Positions 11,266-20,438 of a stretch of 64,000 nucleotides of DNA are shown here, one piece after another (the first letter of the stretch is position 1; every line of letters begins with the position of its first letter). This DNA comes from Alphaproteobacteria bacterium (lineage in GTDB: Bacteria; Pseudomonadota; Alphaproteobacteria; MPNO01; UBA830). The notes under the pieces were generated by a model that was not told the DNA's origin, made no database searches, and was given only the letters and a program-made list of their open reading frames with translations. The translations under genes were made by a program, and so were the position numbers. The DNA lies in contig OZ251539.1 in the NCBI GenBank assembly GCA_965243135.1, positions 2,528,001-2,592,000 of the forward strand, written 5' to 3'.

Positions 11266-12045
11266 TCAGGCGCTTTTCGCCAGAAAGCCGGTCAACGAAT
11301 CGACGAAAACGTCCGGCCGCTCGACATGCGGCAGGTGACCCGCATTCTCGATCATGGTGACTTCGGCCCCGAGTATGCCGCCGAGCTCGCCGGCGTAGAC
11401 GGGGTCGACGATCCGGTCCGAGTCTCCCCACACGACGTGAGCCGGCACCGTTATCCGGTGCAGCCACTTGCGCAGGGCCGGGTTGAACAACCGGGGTTGC
11501 CAGCCGAGCCGGGCCGTCGACACCCGGTTGCGGAGCTGGATGTCGACCTGTTCTTCGGTCAGCTCCGCGCCGAGTATGCGGTCCGCATGGCTCTGATCGA
11601 CGAACAGTTCGCGAACGAGCTGATCGGGATCCATCATGAAGATGTCCGCGATCGGTTTCCCCTTGATGCGTATTCCCGCAGCGCCGATCAACGTAAGGCT
11701 CTTCAGCCGCGTCGCGTTTCGCACCGCGATCTCCATGGCCAACCAGCCGCCAAGGGAATTGCCGACGAGGTGGACGCCTCGCAGATCCAGCGCGTCGAGA
11801 AAATCGAGGTAGAACATCGCGAGATCGTTCATGTCGTCGAGCCAGTCCGGCTCGTCCGAAAGGCCGTAGGACGGATGGTCCGGAACGTGCAGGTCGAAGG
11901 CGTCGGAAAGCGACTGGAAAGCGGGAATCCAGCCGGGAACCCCGCTGGCGCCGTGAAGGAAAAGCATGGGTTCCCCGGAGCCGCCGCGGCACAAATGAAC
12001 GCCGCACCCCCTTACGTCGACCCTGGTCTCGGTGAAATCCGCCAT
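11266..12045 (-). CDS. Alpha/beta fold hydrolase
   Basis: LFLHGA, GNSLGG nucleophile elbow, WGDSD, AGHLPHVE. Confidence 0.9.
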   Translation of the reverse strand: MADFTETRVDVRGCGVHLCRGGSGEPMLFLHGASGVPGWIPAFQSLSDAFDLHVPDHPSYGLSDEPDWLDDMNDLAMFYLDFLDALDLRGVHLVGNSLGGWLAMEIAVRNATRLKSLTLIGAAGIRIKGKPIADIFMMDPDQLVRELFVDQSHADRILGAELTEEQVDIQLRNRVSTARLGWQPRLFNPALRKWLHRITVPAHVVWGDSDRIVDPVYAGELGGILGAEVTMIENAGHLPHVERPDVFVDSLTGFLAKSA

Positions 12046-12062
12046 GTCCTCGCTTCTCCTTT

Positions 12063-12893
12063 TCAGTTCTTCGCTTCGCCGTCCCCGGCCGACGCCGGGC
12101 CCAGCCCCGGCTTGTACTTCTTGTCGAGGAAATCGCCGATGCCTTCTTCCCGAAACGCGTCGTTCTGGCGCTGCGTGTGCCACGCCTGCATTGCCGCCGA
12201 GTAGTTCATCGCCGTATCCCAGTCCATTCCCAGCGAATGGAAATACGCCTCCTTGGTCGCCTGCAACGCGGAGAGATCCTTCTCGGCGATTTCCCGCGCG
12301 AGCGCCGTCACCTCCTCGCGCAGCCGCTCCCGCGGCACGGCGTAATTCACGAAACCCATCTCCGCCGCCCTGGCGCCGTCGAACGGCCGGCCGGTGAGCG
12401 CGTAGAACTTGTAGTCGCGCGGACGCAGCAGGTTGCCCATGGACTTCGACACGCTGCCGCCGGGAAACATCTTGAAGTTGATCTCGCTCAGCCCCATCTT
12501 CGCGTCCTCGGCCGCGACCGCGAGATCGCAGGCCTCGACGATGGTGAACGCGCCGCCGAAGCAGTGTCCGTTGACCATCGCGATAGAGGGTTTCGGAAAC
12601 AGGCGCAGCGTTCGGCCGCGCCATTCGATGGCGACCCGCGACGCGCGGTCGTACTCGGCCGGCTTGTCCCGCAAATCCATGAAGAATTCCTTGAGATCCA
12701 TGCAGGCGCAGAAGGATTCGCCCGCCCCGGTGATCACCAATACCTTGCAACGATCGTCGTTGCGCAGGCGTTCCAGCGCGTCCGCCGCCTCCTCCCCGAG
12801 AAGAGGGTTCATCGCGTTGCGCTTCTCCGGCCGGTCGAGCGTCAGCGTCGTCACGCCATCGTCGAAATCGACGCGTATCGTCCGGTATTCCAT
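12063..12893 (-). CDS. p-hydroxycinnamoyl-CoA hydratase/lyase-like crotonase
   Basis: RPEKRNAM, MDLKEFF, KPSIAMVNGHCFGG, GLSEIN and C-terminal FLDKKYKPGLG, typical of HCHL/Ech. Confidence 0.85.
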   Translation of the reverse strand: MEYRTIRVDFDDGVTTLTLDRPEKRNAMNPLLGEEAADALERLRNDDRCKVLVITGAGESFCACMDLKEFFMDLRDKPAEYDRASRVAIEWRGRTLRLFPKPSIAMVNGHCFGGAFTIVEACDLAVAAEDAKMGLSEINFKMFPGGSVSKSMGNLLRPRDYKFYALTGRPFDGARAAEMGFVNYAVPRERLREEVTALAREIAEKDLSALQATKEAYFHSLGMDWDTAMNYSAAMQAWHTQRQNDAFREEGIGDFLDKKYKPGLGPASAGDGEAKN

Positions 12894-13159
12894 GCGCCCT
12901 CTCCGGCTGACGGACATCGTTACGTTGCGGGCGAAGTGTCGTCCGACTCCTGTGAATGTCAAGCGCGAGAGCCCGCTCGACTCGCCGCGAGGGCCGGCCG
13001 CTTGCCCTCGCCGGTTACCGCGTCTAGTTTGACGAGCGCCCACGCCGGCCGAGTGGCTGATCGTTCGACGCTGAAGAAACGATCGGTTTTCCGCTTTGGG
13101 ATCGCGCCGCGGAGACGGCGCATCGGGCGCTCGCCTGCGGCCGGGCGTTGCGGAACGGG

Positions 13160-13370
13160 CCGACCCGGCTGTCCGAAAGGGTGAATGAACCGTACGCGGC
13201 GGCCACCGCGAACAAGCTGGAGAACGACGATTTGGCGCGCCATGAGGCGAACGGGACAAACGGGCGCATGGCAAACGTCTTCTCGACCCCTGCCTGTCGG
13301 CGCATGCATCGCAAGGTGATTCCGGATGTCGAAACGCGCAGGACGCTCCTCCGGGCCGTCCCGGAACGGG
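13160..13370 (+). pseudogene. Possible decayed IS1595-family transposase fragment
   Basis: VNEPY...GTNGRMANVF...KVIPDVETRRTLL loosely resembles the DETY...G.K..VFG...VVPD..TL pattern. Weak. Confidence 0.25.
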
Positions 13371-13426
13371 CAGGCGGTGGCGCTCGAACGACGCCTCCGC
13401 GGTGACGTGACCGCGGCCTGAGCCAA

Positions 13427-14590
13427 GTGTCTCGCGCCCGGTACGCGGTGCTGGCAGGCGTCCTGGCGCTGCTGCCCATGCTCCTGCCGCTGACGGTCGA
13501 CGGATCCCTGCCGTTGCTGCCGGTCCTCGCGGCGGATTTCCGCGTCGAAACGGCCCAGTTCTGCGTTACGGCCGCGGTTCTGGGGATCGCGGCCGGCCAG
13601 CTGGTTTACGGCCCGCTGTCGGATAGTTTCGGCCGAAAGCCGGTCATTCTGACGAGCGTTTGCCTCTACGCAGCGGCCTCGGTCGCGGGCGCCCTCGCGC
13701 CTTCCATGGAGGCGTTGCTCGGGATCCGCTTTTTGCAGGGCTTCTTCGCATGCTCAGGCGTGATCGTCGCCCGCGCGGTCATCCGCGACCTCTTCGATCG
13801 CGAAGCCGGCGCGAAATTGTTTTCGCTGATGATGGGCATTCACGGGATCATGCCGGCGATCGCCCCCGGCGCCAGCGGCCTCCTCGCGGAACAATGGGGC
13901 TGGCGAACGGTCTTCGCGGCCATGGCGGGGTTCGGAGCGTTCGCGTTCGCGGCCGTCCTCCTGGGACTCGCCGAAACCCGCCGCGCCAGGCGCCGCCCCG
14001 CCCCGGTCCTCGGCAACTTTCGCCATGTCCTCTCGAACCGGAGTTTCCGCGCCTACGCCGTCTGCGCGAGTTTTTCCTACGCCGGGTTGTTCGCGTATTT
14101 CGCGGGCGCGCCGGTCGGGTTGATACAGTATCTCGGGCTCGCGCCCGAGCAGTACGGAATAGCGATGGCGGTTCCGATGATCGCCTACATCGCAACGCAG
14201 ATCGCGGTGGCGCACCTCGTTCACGCCCTCGGCCTCGACCGGCTGATTCGCGTCGGCGCATGGCTTGCCGTCGTCGCGGGCGCCGGCCTGGCGATTTCGG
14301 TTCTGGCCGGGTTCGTGAACGTCTATACGCTGACCGCGCCCATTGTCCTCCTTCTGACGTCGCTCGCGTTCGTCATACCCGGAACCACGGTCGGCGCCGT
14401 GTCGCCGTTCCCGCAGACGGCCGGCGCCGCCTCTTCGCTGTTGGGCTTCATCCAGTTCATGGCGGCCGCCGTCGCGACCGCCGCCGTCGGAGTCCTCGAC
14501 GACGGAACGCCCGCTCCCATGGCGGGCACGATCTGCTTCTGCGCCGTCGGCGCGCTGGCGACCGCGCCGCGGCGAAAGGCGTTCCCGTGA
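13427..14590 (+). CDS. Bcr/CflA family MFS efflux transporter
   Basis: GQLVYGPLSDSFGRKPV, ARAVIRD, GWR, AGAASSLLG; about 12 TM segments. Confidence 0.9.
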   Translation: MSRARYAVLAGVLALLPMLLPLTVDGSLPLLPVLAADFRVETAQFCVTAAVLGIAAGQLVYGPLSDSFGRKPVILTSVCLYAAASVAGALAPSMEALLGIRFLQGFFACSGVIVARAVIRDLFDREAGAKLFSLMMGIHGIMPAIAPGASGLLAEQWGWRTVFAAMAGFGAFAFAAVLLGLAETRRARRRPAPVLGNFRHVLSNRSFRAYAVCASFSYAGLFAYFAGAPVGLIQYLGLAPEQYGIAMAVPMIAYIATQIAVAHLVHALGLDRLIRVGAWLAVVAGAGLAISVLAGFVNVYTLTAPIVLLLTSLAFVIPGTTVGAVSPFPQTAGAASSLLGFIQFMAAAVATAAVGVLDDGTPAPMAGTICFCAVGALATAPRRKAFP

Positions 14591-15780
14591 AGTTCCCGAA
14601 CGGAATCGGCGTCGCGGCCCTCCTGGGACTGACGACCATGGCGACCGCGATCGGCATCGACGGCACGCTTCCCGCCATGCCGGCCATGGTGGAAGCGTTC
14701 GGAACGACCCGGACGTCCGTTCAGACCACGCTCAGCCTGTTCATGGTCGGCGTCGCCATCGGGCAGCTGGTGCACGGCCCGTTGTCGGACCGCTTCGGCA
14801 GAAAACCGGTCATCGTCGCGGCAATGCTGATCACCGGCGCGGCCACGGCCGGCTGCGCCGCCGCGCAGTCTCTCGAAGCGCTCATGGCGTTCCGTTTCCT
14901 GCACGGCATCTCGGCGTCGGCGGGCTTCATCGTGGCGCGCGCGGCCGTCCGCGACCGCTACGAACGCGCCGAGGCGGCGCGCGTCATTTCGCTCGTGCTG
15001 TTCGTTCACGGGTTCGCGCCGCTGATCTCGCCGGTCGTCGGCGCTCACCTGACCGTCGCCTTCGGCTGGCGCGCCGTCTTCGCCTTTATCGCCGGCTACA
15101 GCGTCCTCGTCGCGCTGGCGTTCGGCGCGATCTTTCGCGAGACGCTCGAACGTCCGGATCCCGACGCGCTGCGAATCGCGCCGATGCTCCGCAATTTCCG
15201 GGAGATTTCGCGCAACGCGACGTTCTGGGCCTACACGGGCTGCGCGACGGCATGCTTCGGCATCCTGTTTTCGTTCCTTTCCGCCTCGTCGCACGTGATC
15301 ATCGCCTTTTTCGGCGAAAGCGAAACCGCTTACAGCTACATGTTCGGCGGCTGCATGATCGGCACCATTGCCGGAATGCTCCTGAACTCCCGCCTGATCC
15401 CCCGTTACGGCACCGACCGGCTCCTGCGGTGGGGAGTCTGGCAGGCGTCGCTGTTCGGCCTGCTGATGCTCGGCCTTTCGCTGGCCGGCGCGCAGAACTG
15501 GGTCGCCGTAATCGGCCCCATGTTCTTCTGCATGATCGCGTTTTCCCTGATCTACCCGCAGACGCTCGCGGGAGCGCTGCAGCCGTTTCCTCATGCGGCC
15601 GGAGCCGCGTCCTCGCTGGCCGGGCTGGCGCAGCAGCTCGCGGCCGCCGTCACCGGCATGGCCGTCGCGGCGCTTACGACCGGCGGCACCCAGACGGCGC
15701 TGGCCGGCGGAGTCGCGTTCTGGGCGCTGTTCGCGCTCGTCCTCTACCTCGCCGCGATCCGGCGCCGCGCCCCGCGATGA
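14587..15780 (+). CDS. Bcr/CflA family MFS efflux transporter (second paralogue)
   Basis: GTGA overlap with the upstream gene; GQLVHGPLSDRFGRKPV, ARAAVRD, AGAASSLAG. Confidence 0.9.
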   Translation: MKFPNGIGVAALLGLTTMATAIGIDGTLPAMPAMVEAFGTTRTSVQTTLSLFMVGVAIGQLVHGPLSDRFGRKPVIVAAMLITGAATAGCAAAQSLEALMAFRFLHGISASAGFIVARAAVRDRYERAEAARVISLVLFVHGFAPLISPVVGAHLTVAFGWRAVFAFIAGYSVLVALAFGAIFRETLERPDPDALRIAPMLRNFREISRNATFWAYTGCATACFGILFSFLSASSHVIIAFFGESETAYSYMFGGCMIGTIAGMLLNSRLIPRYGTDRLLRWGVWQASLFGLLMLGLSLAGAQNWVAVIGPMFFCMIAFSLIYPQTLAGALQPFPHAAGAASSLAGLAQQLAAAVTGMAVAALTTGGTQTALAGGVAFWALFALVLYLAAIRRRAPR

Positions 15781-15823
15781 CCGGGCGCTTTCCCGGCGCG
15801 GCGGTTTTTGATACATCCCGCAC

Positions 15824-17116
15824 ATGGCCATCCCCCGCTATTCGCGACCCCGGATGACGGCGATCTGGGCGCCCGAAAACAGGTTCCGCATCTGGTTCGA
15901 AATCGAAGCGCTCGCCTGCGAGGCGCAGGCCGAGCTGGGCCTGATCCCCAAGGAAGCCGCGAAAGCGGTCCGCGAGCGCGGGCGGTTCGAGATCGAGCGC
16001 ATAGAAGAAATCGAGCGCGAAACCAGGCACGACGTGATCGCGTTCCTGACGAATCTCGCGGAACACGTCGGCGAGGAAGCCCGCTTCGTGCATCGGGGGA
16101 TGACCTCTTCCGACGTGCTCGATACCTGTCTCGCGGTTCAGCTCGCGCGCGCTTCCGACATTCTGCTCGAGGACCTCGACGGTCTGCTGGCGGCGCTCAG
16201 GTCCCGCGCCGAGGAGTTCAGGATGACGCCTACCATCGGGCGCAGTCACGGGATTCACGCGGAGCCGACCACGTTCGGAATCAAGCTGGCCGGGCATTAC
16301 GCGGAATTCGACCGCAATCGCGCGCGGTTGCGCGCCGCGCGCGCGGAAATCGCGGCCTGCGCCCTTTCCGGAGCCGTCGGCACCTTCGCGAACATCGACC
16401 CCCGCGTCGAAGCCTACGTGGCGAAAGCCCTGGGGCTGACTCCCGAACCGGTTTCCACCCAGATCGTGCCGCGCGACCGGCATGCGGCCTTTTTCGCGAC
16501 CCTCGCCGTCGTCGCGTCTTCGGCGGAACGCCTCGCCATCGAAATCCGGCACCTGCAGCGCACCGAGCTGCGCGAGGCGGAGGAGTTCTTTTCCGCCGGC
16601 CAAAAGGGTTCGTCGGCCATGCCGCACAAGCGCAACCCGGTGCTTACGGAAAACATGACGGGCCTCGCCCGCCTGGTGCGAGCGTGCTGCCCGCCCGCGC
16701 TGGAGAACGTGGCGCTCTGGCACGAGCGCGACATCTCGCATTCCTCCGTCGAACGCGTCATCGCGCCCGACGCGACGATCACGCTCGATTTCCTGCTGGC
16801 CCGGGCGGCGGGCGTCGTCGAGAACCTGGTCGTCTATCCGGAAAACATGCGGCGAAACCTCGACGCTCTCGGCGGCCTCGTCCATTCGCAGCGCGTGCTT
16901 CTCGCGCTCACGCAGGCGGGAATGAGCCGCGAGGAGGCCTACGCCGCCGTGCAGCGCAACGCCATGGCGACGTGGCGCGACGGCGGCTCGTTTCGGGATC
17001 GGCTCGAAGCGGATCCGGAAGTGCCGATCGACAAGGCGACCCTGAACGAGCTATTCGACCTCGGTTATCACCTGAAGCACGTCGACACCATCTTCGAACG
17101 GGTCTTCGGCCCGTAG
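15824..17116 (+). CDS. purB: Adenylosuccinate lyase
   Basis: IPRYSR, TRHDVIAF, GRSHGIHAEP, GSSAMPHKRNP, LWHERDISHSSVER. Confidence 0.97.
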   Translation: MAIPRYSRPRMTAIWAPENRFRIWFEIEALACEAQAELGLIPKEAAKAVRERGRFEIERIEEIERETRHDVIAFLTNLAEHVGEEARFVHRGMTSSDVLDTCLAVQLARASDILLEDLDGLLAALRSRAEEFRMTPTIGRSHGIHAEPTTFGIKLAGHYAEFDRNRARLRAARAEIAACALSGAVGTFANIDPRVEAYVAKALGLTPEPVSTQIVPRDRHAAFFATLAVVASSAERLAIEIRHLQRTELREAEEFFSAGQKGSSAMPHKRNPVLTENMTGLARLVRACCPPALENVALWHERDISHSSVERVIAPDATITLDFLLARAAGVVENLVVYPENMRRNLDALGGLVHSQRVLLALTQAGMSREEAYAAVQRNAMATWRDGGSFRDRLEADPEVPIDKATLNELFDLGYHLKHVDTIFERVFGP

Positions 17117-17118
17117 GG

Positions 17119-17445
17119 TCAGCCCTCTTCGGAGTCGATCTGCCGCTCCGCCTCGTCCAGCAACCGGTCCATTTCCCCGCGCAGCCGCGGCTCGTCCATG
17201 CCGATGCCGCGCGCAGCGAAGTCCGCGAGAACCTTGCGGACAACGTCGGCGTCGCCGGGTTCCTCGAAATCGGAGTGCACGACCTCCTTCGCGTATTCGG
17301 CGGCGGGGTCGCCGGAAAGGCCGAACCGCTCCGCCGCCCAGAGGCCGAGCAGCCGGTTGCGGCGCGCCGTGATGCGGAACAGCTTGTCCTGATCCCGCTT
17401 GTACTTGTGCTCGAAGCTTTTCTGGCGCTCTTCCAGAGTGGCCAT
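17119..17445 (-). CDS. DUF1476 family protein (alphaproteobacterial ATP synthase zeta-like inhibitor)
   Basis: LEERQKSFEHKY, ARRNRLLGLWAAE, DFEEPGDADVVRKV; usual position between purB and purC. Confidence 0.88.
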   Translation of the reverse strand: MATLEERQKSFEHKYKRDQDKLFRITARRNRLLGLWAAERFGLSGDPAAEYAKEVVHSDFEEPGDADVVRKVLADFAARGIGMDEPRLRGEMDRLLDEAERQIDSEEG

Positions 17446-17731
17446 GGTCGTTCCTTTTGCTGACGTCGGACTGCAGCGCCGCTCATAATCCGCGTTGGAT
17501 CGTCGGGTCACGATGCGAATGGCCACAATCTACAAAGGATCGTTTACCAACACATCGAAGCGCTAATCAAGTTCGACCTCCCAACGAAGCGTTCCCAAAA
17601 CGAATGGGCGCGACAACGAATCCGCACGCGCGCCGACCATCCGTTCGGCCGGCTCTCCCTTGTCCGGACGCTCCGTCGCCATTCGGCCTTCGATCGGGAA
17701 CGCGCCCTCCCCGGCAGCCGAATTCGGCAAA

Positions 17732-17881
17732 CGATTACCCGAGCGCGCGCGGCCGCGGGCGGAGTTTGAAGCGCCGTGACTTCGGTGTCGCCCGATTACC
17801 CGAGCGCGCGCGGCCGCGGGGGCAGGCCGCCCGCCGCGCCGTCGCTTTCTTTCCGATTACCCGAGCGCGCGCGGCCGCGGG
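17732..17881. CRISPR. Orphan CRISPR-like mini-array: 3 x 28-bp identical repeats and 2 x 33-bp unique spacers
   Basis: CGATTACCCGAGCGCGCGCGGCCGCGGG at 17732-17759, 17793-17820 and 17854-17881, an exact 61-bp period. Spacers are CGGAGTTTGAAGCGCCGTGACTTCGGTGTCGCC and GGCAGGCCGCCCGCCGCGCCGTCGCTTTCTTTC. The repeats are certain; CRISPR identity is inferred, as no cas genes are in the window. Confidence 0.6.
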
Positions 17882-18458
17882 CATCGTCGTCAGCGACGCC
17901 CCAATGATTTTCGTTCGCCGGCGCTCCGCCTATCGAACGGCCTGACGCATGAATGCCCGGCAGGCCGCAAGGCCCTCGTCTGCCCGATTGATCTTGGACG
18001 AGGGAGCCGATCATGATCGTCAAGGACGGAACGATATTCGACGGCCCGAATCGCTGGAATGACCAAACGGTCGGTAAACGCGAGACGAAAAACGCACGGT
18101 CGACACTCGTCGTCGTCTGGCCGTCGAACTCGACAAAACCCGTACGTCGAACCGCCCGGACAACGACAGGCGTTCCGTGCGCAGGCGTCAGAAAAACAGG
18201 GAAAGGTCGTCGGGACAACTTCGGAGGTCGCTCACGGAGCAACTTCCGTCCCGCCGCGGGGGATCCGCCGGAATTCCCGCTCGCCGTCACCGGGAAAACA
18301 GGCGTGTTCGCGGCATGACTTACGGCGAGAGTCGCCGCCGCATCCACGATCGGAGACAGCAGGCCAAGTCTCTGGTATCTTCGGAGCGGAAAAAGCCTGA
18401 ACCTGCCCTTCGCTTGCGCAGGCTTTCCCTGCTTGCGCATTTGGAAACGGTCTGACGG

Positions 18459-20438
18459 ATGGCCGAAAGCATCGATTTCGCGAACCCGATCTGGCAGATC
18501 GCCGACCTGCTGCGCGGCCCCTATCGCCCGTCGGAATACGAGCGCGTCATGCTGCCGATGACCGCGCTACGCCGCTTCGACTGCGCGCTCGCCCCCACCA
18601 AGGAGAAGGTCCTCGCGGATTACGAGAGCTTGAAGGACAAGCTCAAAGGCGCGCAGCTGAACGCAAAGCTGAACGCGACGGCGGGTCAGCGTTTCCACAA
18701 CCGCTCGCCGCTTGATTTCGACCGGCTGAAGGGCGATCCGGACCGGATCGCGCCGCGTCTTGCGAGCTACATCCAAGGCTTCTCGGCCAATGTGCGCCGC
18801 ATCTTCGAGTATTTCGAGTTCGGGAACGAGATCGACAGGATGCGCGAGGCGAACATTCTCTATCTCGTGGTTTCCCGATTCTGCGACGTGGACCTGCACC
18901 CGGGCAGGATCCCGAATCTGCGAATGGGCCTTATCTTCGAAGACCTGATCCGCCGCTTCAACGAGCTGGCAAACAAGACCGTGGGCGATCACTTCACGCC
19001 GCGCGAGGTGATCCGGCTAATGGTGAGCATCCTGTTCATCGAAGACGATGCGCTACTCGCGCGCCCCGGCACGGCGCACACGCTGCTCGATCCGGCCTGC
19101 GGCACCGGCGGCATGCTGGCCGAGGCGCAAAACTACCTGCGCGACCGCCACCCGAAGGCTCGGCTCTTCGTCTACGGCCAAGATTACAACAAGCGGGCCT
19201 ACGCCACCGCCGCCGCCGACATGCTGATGAAGCAGGTGGATAGCGGCGGCGACAACATCCGTTTCGGCGACAGTTTCCTCAAAGACAGGTTCAGGGGCCG
19301 AACCTTCGACTATTTCCTCACCAACCCGCCGTTCGGCATGGACTGGAAGAAGCAACGCAACAAGATCAGGCGCGAACACGAAAAGGGAGGTTTCGCCGGC
19401 CGCTTCGGCGCCGGCCTGCCGCGAGTGAGCGACGCCTCGCTGCTGTTCCTCCAGCACATGATCGCGAAATTCGAGAGGGTCGCGCCACGCGAGCGCAAGC
19501 ACGGCTCGCGCCTCGCCATCGTCTTCAGCGGGTCGCCGCTGTTCGCCGGCGGCGCGGGGTCGGGCGAGAGCGAGATCCGCAAGTGGATCATCGAGAACGA
19601 CTGGCTCGAAGCCATTGTCGCCCTGCCGGAGCGAATGTTCTACAATACCGGCATCGGCACCTATGTCTGGATCGTCACCAACCGCAAGGAGGAGCGGCGC
19701 AAGGGTTGGATCCAGCTCGTCGATGCACGCGATGCGTGGACCGGCGGCAGCGGCGCGGAGAGCAAGCGCAGCCTCGGCAACAAGCGCCGCCACATCGCCG
19801 GGAACCAGATCGACGAGATCGTGCGCCTCTACGGACGCTTCGAGGACGGCGAGCGCTCCAGGCTTTTCGACAATGCCGACTTCGGCTACACCCGCGTCAC
19901 CATCGAGCGCCCGCTGCGGCTGCGCTACCGGATGACGATCGACAGCAAGGCGCGTTTCCTCGACGCCTGCCCGGAATTGCTCGACGATGTGCAGGCCATC
20001 GACAAGGCGATCGGCGGCGAACCCTTGCCGGACTGGAATGCCGTCCGGGGCTGCATCCACGACCTGCTGCGCGAGCGCGGCGCACGCTGGACGCAAAAGG
20101 AATGGAAGCTCTTCCGCGATGTCTTCGCACGGAAGGATCCCGAGGCCGAGCCCGTCTCCGCGGGCAGTCGAGTCGGCGGGTGGGAACCCGACCCGGCGCT
20201 GCGCGATTTCGAGAACGTGCCGCTCAGGCAGAACATCGATGCCTATTTCGAGCGCGAGGTTCGACCGCACCTGCCCGATGCCTGGATGGACCGCGAGAAG
20301 GACAAGGTCGGCTACGAGATCGCCTTCAACCGCCATTTCCGCAAATACACGCCGCCGCGTTCGCTGGAGGAGATCGACGCGGACCTGAAGGCGGCGGAGA
20401 AAGAGATCGCGCGTCTGTTGCGGGAGGTAGTGATGTGA
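18459..20438 (+). CDS. hsdM: Type I restriction-modification methyltransferase subunit M
   Basis: IWQIADLLRG, HFTPREV, LDPACGTGGML, NPPF catalytic motif, MFYNTGIGTY, KVGYEI. Confidence 0.95.
   Translation: MAESIDFANPIWQIADLLRGPYRPSEYERVMLPMTALRRFDCALAPTKEKVLADYESLKDKLKGAQLNAKLNATAGQRFHNRSPLDFDRLKGDPDRIAPRLASYIQGFSANVRRIFEYFEFGNEIDRMREANILYLVVSRFCDVDLHPGRIPNLRMGLIFEDLIRRFNELANKTVGDHFTPREVIRLMVSILFIEDDALLARPGTAHTLLDPACGTGGMLAEAQNYLRDRHPKARLFVYGQDYNKRAYATAAADMLMKQVDSGGDNIRFGDSFLKDRFRGRTFDYFLTNPPFGMDWKKQRNKIRREHEKGGFAGRFGAGLPRVSDASLLFLQHMIAKFERVAPRERKHGSRLAIVFSGSPLFAGGAGSGESEIRKWIIENDWLEAIVALPERMFYNTGIGTYVWIVTNRKEERRKGWIQLVDARDAWTGGSGAESKRSLGNKRRHIAGNQIDEIVRLYGRFEDGERSRLFDNADFGYTRVTIERPLRLRYRMTIDSKARFLDACPELLDDVQAIDKAIGGEPLPDWNAVRGCIHDLLRERGARWTQKEWKLFRDVFARKDPEAEPVSAGSRVGGWEPDPALRDFENVPLRQNIDAYFEREVRPHLPDAWMDREKDKVGYEIAFNRHFRKYTPPRSLEEIDADLKAAEKEIARLLREVVM

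Noticed and set aside
17617-17640. Possible degenerate fourth repeat (CGAATCCGCACGCGCGCCGACC)
   Set aside because: Many mismatches and out of phase with the 61-bp period.
17945-18455. Short ORFs between the mini-array and hsdM as a small Cas or regulator
   Set aside because: No frame gives recognisable motifs or host-like coding pattern. It may be a decayed gene; left uncalled.
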